This document shows, one piece after another, positions 59,360 to 64,000 of a DNA stretch of 64,000 bases; position 1 is the stretch's first letter; each line of letters starts with the position of its first letter. This stretch comes from Spirochaetaceae bacterium (lineage in GTDB: Bacteria; Spirochaetota; Spirochaetia; DSM-2461): the NCBI GenBank assembly GCA_051531975.1, contig JAOPTT010000002.1, positions 121,968-185,967 on the forward strand, in the 5' to 3' direction. The notes under the pieces are model-generated. The model did no database searches. It was not told the DNA's origin and saw nothing but the letters and a program-made list of their open reading frames with translations. Position numbers and translations under genes: made by a program.

Positions 59360-61636
59360 TTACCACTTAATATTACACCGTTGGACTTCTATTCTGGACT
59401 CTCCGTTAAACTTTATCTTTATAGGACCCTCTGCACCCTGTATTCTATATTCAATCAATTGGTTATTTTCCCACTCAATATCAACGATTAAATTACCCCT
59501 AGCCTTAAGCCCCTTAATACAACCACTACTCCATTCCAAAGGTAATGCCGGTAATAGTTCTATATAATCCATATGACTCTGCATTAGCATCTCAGCAATT
59601 CCAGCTGTTGCTCCAAAGTTTCCATCAATCTGAAAAGGAGGATGAGCATCAAACATATTAGGATATATAGACTTTGTTAACATGTCATTCAAATATTTAC
59701 CAGCTAACGTAGGTTCTTTTAACCTAGCATATAGATTAATAATCCATGCTAGGCTCCAACCAGTATGTCCACCACCATTTAGTAACCTTAGTTCTAGACT
59801 TCTCTTTGCAGCAGTAAATAACTCTGGTGTTTCATCATTGATTGCATTCCCTGGATATAAGCCATATAAGTGTGATACATGCCTATGTCCCATTTCAGAT
59901 TCTTCAAAGTCTAAATACCACTCCTGTAGCTGACCCTTTGCACCTATATTATAGGGATATAACTTAGGTAATCTGGTTGCTAATTGGTTCTCAAATGCCC
60001 CTGTTACACCAAGAATTTTAGCCACACTAATACATGTATTAAATACTTCTCTTATAATCGTCATATCCATAGTCGATGCTTTTGCAACAGAACATTCCGC
60101 CCCACCCTCCGTTAAGAAGGCATTTTCTGGGGATGTTGAAGGAGATGTCACGTAGTAACCTGACTCATCTTCCTGTAACCAATCGTAGCAGAACTTTGCA
60201 GACCCCTTCATCGTTGGGTATACAGATTTTAGGAACTCTATATCCTGTGTAAATAAGTAATGCTCATATAAATGACTTACTAACCATGGACCTGACATCT
60301 GCCAGTATGCATATCTAGCCATACCATCTATGACCGTTGATTTTCTCCATAAATCTATATTATGTGATCCTGTCCAACCACCACAACCATATTGCTCTTT
60401 GGCTGTTACTGCACCTGTTATAGATAACTCCTTAATCATATTAATTAGTGGCTCATGACACTCGGATAAATTGCAGTTTTCAGCTAACCAATAGTTCATC
60501 TGAATATTAATATTAGATGTATAGTTACTACACCAGGAAGGTCTAACTTCATAATTCCATATACCTTGTAGTGTTGCCGACTGACTACCTTTTCTAGATG
60601 ACGTTATGAGTAGGTATCTACCATAATTAAAGTATAGTGGTATTAGTGATAGATCACTCTTCCCTGCCCTTAAGTTCTCTAACCTAACATCTGTTGGTGA
60701 ATAACTCTTATCTTCAGTCTCAAGTGTGAATTCTACTTTGTTATATAATTTCTGGTAATCATCTTTGTGGTCATTATATAAGGCATCATAACCTTTTACG
60801 ATTGCCTTATTTACACGTTCACGAAGCACTGCAACAACTTTATCTATTTCTTCTAATTCTGCACTAAATCCACAGTATGTTGTCTCTGTTGCTGTAACAA
60901 TCAACACTTTGGTAGCGCCTGTTATTGAAAGTCCACCACCTGTTCTATATGTTGAACCATCAGTAATAACTCTTGTATAAGCTCCGAATTCTAGAGCAAC
61001 ATTCTCATCTTCCAAAGAATAAGCTATAGGTGACTCATTGTAGGTTCTATGAGACGGATCAACTCTCTCTGGTGCCCTACCTGTCATTAAAATTGCTGAA
61101 TCATTTTTACAAATCGTCTTATGTAATAACTTAGAATCCATACCAAGTTGCATATCGAATTCAGCTTCTGCCTCCATTTTATAGACACCAATCTTATCAG
61201 GATTACTGATAAAAGCTCTTCTAGTGTACTTAAAACCATCTATTTTGTATTCTATATAAGTTGTTGCATCAGTTAGATCAAGGCTTCTTTTATAACCTTC
61301 CTTCCTAAGGAAACCATCATATCTAAGCTGCATTCTAATATTACCAAGGGGTAAATAACTCTCTGAATATTCACCTTGCATTTCATGCTCTATTAGCTGT
61401 TGGGCTCCTAAGTATTCACCTTTATTAATTAACTCTCTAGCTTTTTCTAGATGATTATATGCTACTTTATTTTGATTTTCATTATGATAACCAGACCATA
61501 ACGTATCATGATTTAATTCTAAAAGTTCATCCCGGATTCTACCATATACCATCATTCCCATATGACCATTCCCTAAAGGTAATGCCTCTTCAAAAAGATC
61601 TGCTGATTGCCTGTACCACAATGTATTGTTGTCCAT
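59360..61636 (-). CDS. GH95 alpha-L-fucosidase
   Basis: 'ALPLGNG', 'YGRYLLI', 'LQGIWN', 'NINIQMNYW', 'SPEN', 'HRHVSHLYG', 'HPPFQIDGNFG'. Confidence 0.94.
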   Translation of the reverse strand: MDNNTLWYRQSADLFEEALPLGNGHMGMMVYGRIRDELLELNHDTLWSGYHNENQNKVAYNHLEKARELINKGEYLGAQQLIEHEMQGEYSESYLPLGNIRMQLRYDGFLRKEGYKRSLDLTDATTYIEYKIDGFKYTRRAFISNPDKIGVYKMEAEAEFDMQLGMDSKLLHKTICKNDSAILMTGRAPERVDPSHRTYNESPIAYSLEDENVALEFGAYTRVITDGSTYRTGGGLSITGATKVLIVTATETTYCGFSAELEEIDKVVAVLRERVNKAIVKGYDALYNDHKDDYQKLYNKVEFTLETEDKSYSPTDVRLENLRAGKSDLSLIPLYFNYGRYLLITSSRKGSQSATLQGIWNYEVRPSWCSNYTSNINIQMNYWLAENCNLSECHEPLINMIKELSITGAVTAKEQYGCGGWTGSHNIDLWRKSTVIDGMARYAYWQMSGPWLVSHLYEHYLFTQDIEFLKSVYPTMKGSAKFCYDWLQEDESGYYVTSPSTSPENAFLTEGGAECSVAKASTMDMTIIREVFNTCISVAKILGVTGAFENQLATRLPKLYPYNIGAKGQLQEWYLDFEESEMGHRHVSHLYGLYPGNAINDETPELFTAAKRSLELRLLNGGGHTGWSLAWIINLYARLKEPTLAGKYLNDMLTKSIYPNMFDAHPPFQIDGNFGATAGIAEMLMQSHMDYIELLPALPLEWSSGCIKGLKARGNLIVDIEWENNQLIEYRIQGAEGPIKIKFNGESRIEVQRCNIKW

Positions 61637-61669
61637 ATAATGTATATCTCCAAAATCCGTTAGTTTTTT

Positions 61670-61713
61670 AAAAGAAAAGCTACCTTTTACAATATAAGGC
61701 AGCCTTTCTTTTT
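61670..61713 (-). terminator. Hairpin/terminator downstream of the SBP gene
   Basis: AAAGAAAAGCTACCTT...AAGGCAGCCTTTCTTT imperfect stem flanked by A/T runs. Confidence 0.55.
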
Positions 61714-61741
61714 AATTAAAAGTTGTATTAACTATTATGTT

Positions 61742-63292
61742 TTATTGACCTAAGTAAGCGTCAACTTGCATTTGTAATTTAGCAATAAATTCTTCAACAC
61801 CAGCTGAATCAAGTTTCTTAATAAATTCTTCGTAGTGTTTCTCATAATCATCGTCTGCACCAGAGTTTAATGGTTTTACAAACTCATTAACAACTGCGTC
61901 AATTTTAGCTTTATCTGAAGTAAGTTCAGCTAAATCAGGAACAAAACCAAATAATGGAGATTTTGTAGCTTGATTATTCCATTTAGTAAGTCTTGAATCT
62001 AAGAATAATTTAGATCTATCAGCACTGTTTCCAACGTTTCCAAGCACCCAGTCAAAAATACTGTAAGCTCCTGGCTTAAGAATTTTTGAAGGAATCTCTG
62101 TGTCAGAAGCACCTGGAACAGCTTCCCAGTGCTCACCTTCAATTCCTAGATGAAGAAGGTTGAACATTTCTTTATCAGTATTAATAATCTCAAGAAGCTT
62201 GATAGCTCTTTCAGCATTAGGTGTTTTAGCATTGATAAAGTTCATTGTAGCTGTACCTGCAGTATATGGTAGGTATAGCGGTGCTGTACGACCACTTATT
62301 ACCTCTTGAGTTGAAAATATATTGTTAAGTTCAAGGGTAAAATCATCAGGTGTACCAGTATTAGTAGTCATAATTCCATAAGTATTTAATCGATCATCGT
62401 CAATATTAGTTGGTAGTTGAGCTGATAACACATCTAATCGGATGAAATCCCTATTATACATATCTCTCATCCAGTCAATAAAGTCTTTATATTCCTGTGT
62501 TTTGAACATATTAACTAACTGAACACTATCATTATTAAACTTATCGATTACAGCAGGACTAACAATTGTCTCGTAGTCTCTTTCCATAATCATATTTTCT
62601 GTTACAGTTTTTTCAACCAAAAAGTAAGGATCTATTACTGAATTGATACCTGAATCCATTTCGTTTTTTAATATGTTAGCAAAATATGGTTCCATGCTTT
62701 TCATGATATCAATAGTTTTAATGCTTCTATCAAAACCATCTTTTTCTATTTGCTCATAATCAAGTCCATATTTTTCAGCCCAATCTTTTCTAGCAATATA
62801 TCCATAACCATTCCACAACTGTTGATAATTAGTAAGTCCATACATTTTCCCATCGTATGTACCAGTCTGGAAAACTGTTTCAGGTAATACTTCTTTTAAT
62901 TTTGGAGCATGGTTATCAATAAGATCATCTAAAGGCATAAACGCACCATTAGCAACTTTCTGAAGATAGTCTCCAGCCCAGCTTGAACACCACATGATAT
63001 CAAAATCTTCACCTGCAGTTATCATAAGCTCAATTCTGTCAGCATAGTTTCCAAACCCATAAGTTAATATTTTTAACTCAGTATTAGGTAGCTTATCTTG
63101 TAACTTTTTGTTAAATTCTTCCAACACCTTATCCATATCTGGTGTTTGGTCTCCAATAACAACCCAAGTAAGTGTTACAACTTCCGCATCTCCAGTAGCT
63201 TCCACATTTGATTCAGCTTGGTTCTTTGACCATGCGAGGGAAGAAACTGCCATAATTAACAATACTGCCAAGATTCTTTTTCTTGATTTCAT
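61742..63292 (-). CDS. Oligosaccharide ABC transporter substrate-binding protein (DUF3502-type C-terminus)
   Basis: Signal peptide; 'GEDFDIM', 'GAFMPLDDL', 'GIEGEHW', 'KLDSAGVEEFIAKLQMQVDAY'. Confidence 0.85.
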   Translation of the reverse strand: MKSRKRILAVLLIMAVSSLAWSKNQAESNVEATGDAEVVTLTWVVIGDQTPDMDKVLEEFNKKLQDKLPNTELKILTYGFGNYADRIELMITAGEDFDIMWCSSWAGDYLQKVANGAFMPLDDLIDNHAPKLKEVLPETVFQTGTYDGKMYGLTNYQQLWNGYGYIARKDWAEKYGLDYEQIEKDGFDRSIKTIDIMKSMEPYFANILKNEMDSGINSVIDPYFLVEKTVTENMIMERDYETIVSPAVIDKFNNDSVQLVNMFKTQEYKDFIDWMRDMYNRDFIRLDVLSAQLPTNIDDDRLNTYGIMTTNTGTPDDFTLELNNIFSTQEVISGRTAPLYLPYTAGTATMNFINAKTPNAERAIKLLEIINTDKEMFNLLHLGIEGEHWEAVPGASDTEIPSKILKPGAYSIFDWVLGNVGNSADRSKLFLDSRLTKWNNQATKSPLFGFVPDLAELTSDKAKIDAVVNEFVKPLNSGADDDYEKHYEEFIKKLDSAGVEEFIAKLQMQVDAYLGQ

Positions 63293-63352
63293 TAAACTCT
63301 CCTTAAAATATTTGTTAAAACCCAGTATGTTTTTACATATACTGAGAAATTA

Positions 63353-64000
63353 CTACTTTGTAGATCCTACTGTCATACCCTTTGAAAAGTATTTTTGAAA
63401 GAAAGGAAATATAAACATCATTGGCCCAGCTGCAACTACTGCAATAGCCATTCGAACCGTTTCTGAAGGGAACTTAGATATTTGTTCCTGTAAAGCTGCC
63501 GGTAGAGATGCAAAATTCGATTTAAGAAAATCCATTTCAAGTAATATTTTTTGTAATAAATATTGCAATGAATACAGATCCTCATTATTTAGAAACATTA
63601 AGCTTGGGTAAAAATCATTCCATCGATTTAACAGAGTAAAAACAGCTACTGTCGCTAAAACTGGTGTAGATAAAGGTAGAACGATCTTAAAGAAAATTCG
63701 AATTTCTGAAGCACCATCAATTTTGGCTGCATCAAAAAGGGAACTAGGTAAACTCTTAAATGAAGTTAATATAATTATTACAAAGAATGGATCAATAAGT
63801 GGTACCATAAAAGAAAAGAAGTGAACCCACATTGTATCACCAAGATGTAAAAACTGTGTAACGAGTATATAAAAAGGAACCAAACTAACTCGGCACATTA
63901 AAGGGAATAATACAAAAAATGTAACACCCTTTCTGTACTTAAAATTAGCTCTTGATAGCGGATAAGCTAAAAGCGCCATTAAAAAAGTTCCTATAAATGT
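63353..64000 (-). CDS. Carbohydrate ABC transporter permease (5' part outside the window)
   Basis: EAA motif 'SLFDAAKIDGASE', 'VLPLSTP', 'PFFQKYFSKG'. Confidence 0.9.
   Translation of the reverse strand, partial: TFIGTFLMALLAYPLSRANFKYRKGVTFFVLFPLMCRVSLVPFYILVTQFLHLGDTMWVHFFSFMVPLIDPFFVIIILTSFKSLPSSLFDAAKIDGASEIRIFFKIVLPLSTPVLATVAVFTLLNRWNDFYPSLMFLNNEDLYSLQYLLQKILLEMDFLKSNFASLPAALQEQISKFPSETVRMAIAVVAAGPMMFIFPFFQKYFSKGMTVGSTK

Noticed and set aside
1681..63398. Numerous 60-154 aa antisense or out-of-frame ORFs in the track (e.g. 5256-5720, 10691-11059, 32826-33197, 57223-57621, 59288-59491)
   Set aside because: They lie within or overlap well-supported genes and lack RBS or motifs; typical shadow ORFs

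Overview
Low-GC bacterial chromosomal window, most likely from a free-living anaerobic spirochete. This is inferred from the Treponema-type CheY with an N-terminal extension, the 'LFAEGQQE'-type solute-binding-protein signal and several spirochete-style hypothetical proteins. It holds about 54 CDSs and no rRNA, intact IS, prophage or CRISPR array. In order: a duplicated tRNA-3'-end-like repeat with terminators; a biotin operon (birA-bioY-ECF ATPase-ECF T) with a BirA operator; an orphan ilvY; an OmpR-type two-component system plus HtrA; beta-carbonic anhydrase; a ~15 kb mannose/mannoside locus (PfkB kinase, manA, an unusually large ROK-like protein, sugar ABC transporter, GH2 beta-mannosidase, a dead ABC ATPase, YesM/YesN-type two-component system, AraC); a sigma-54-driven dctP-orf-tctCBA locus with its two-component system; two MCPs; housekeeping genes (patatin, SDR, ung, M48 peptidase, nitroreductase); the nrdR-nrdD-orf-nrdG operon; cheY; a hisD homolog; folC; pepN; Rrf2; EamA; MATE; proB; and a GH95 fucosidase with a sugar ABC transporter running off the end. 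Most notable: (1) a split class III ribonucleotide reductase whose glycyl-radical finger is on a separate small gene fused to a CPNC thioredoxin-like domain, with predicted coiled-coil halves on both sides of the split; (2) a pseudo-ATPase translationally coupled to a sensor-less histidine kinase; (3) a dispersed palindromic repeat family linking the tRNA-end repeat to a 27-bp tandem array 40 kb away; (4) many genes with promoter geometry indicating leaderless mRNAs. All calls come from reading motifs by eye; no database search was run.
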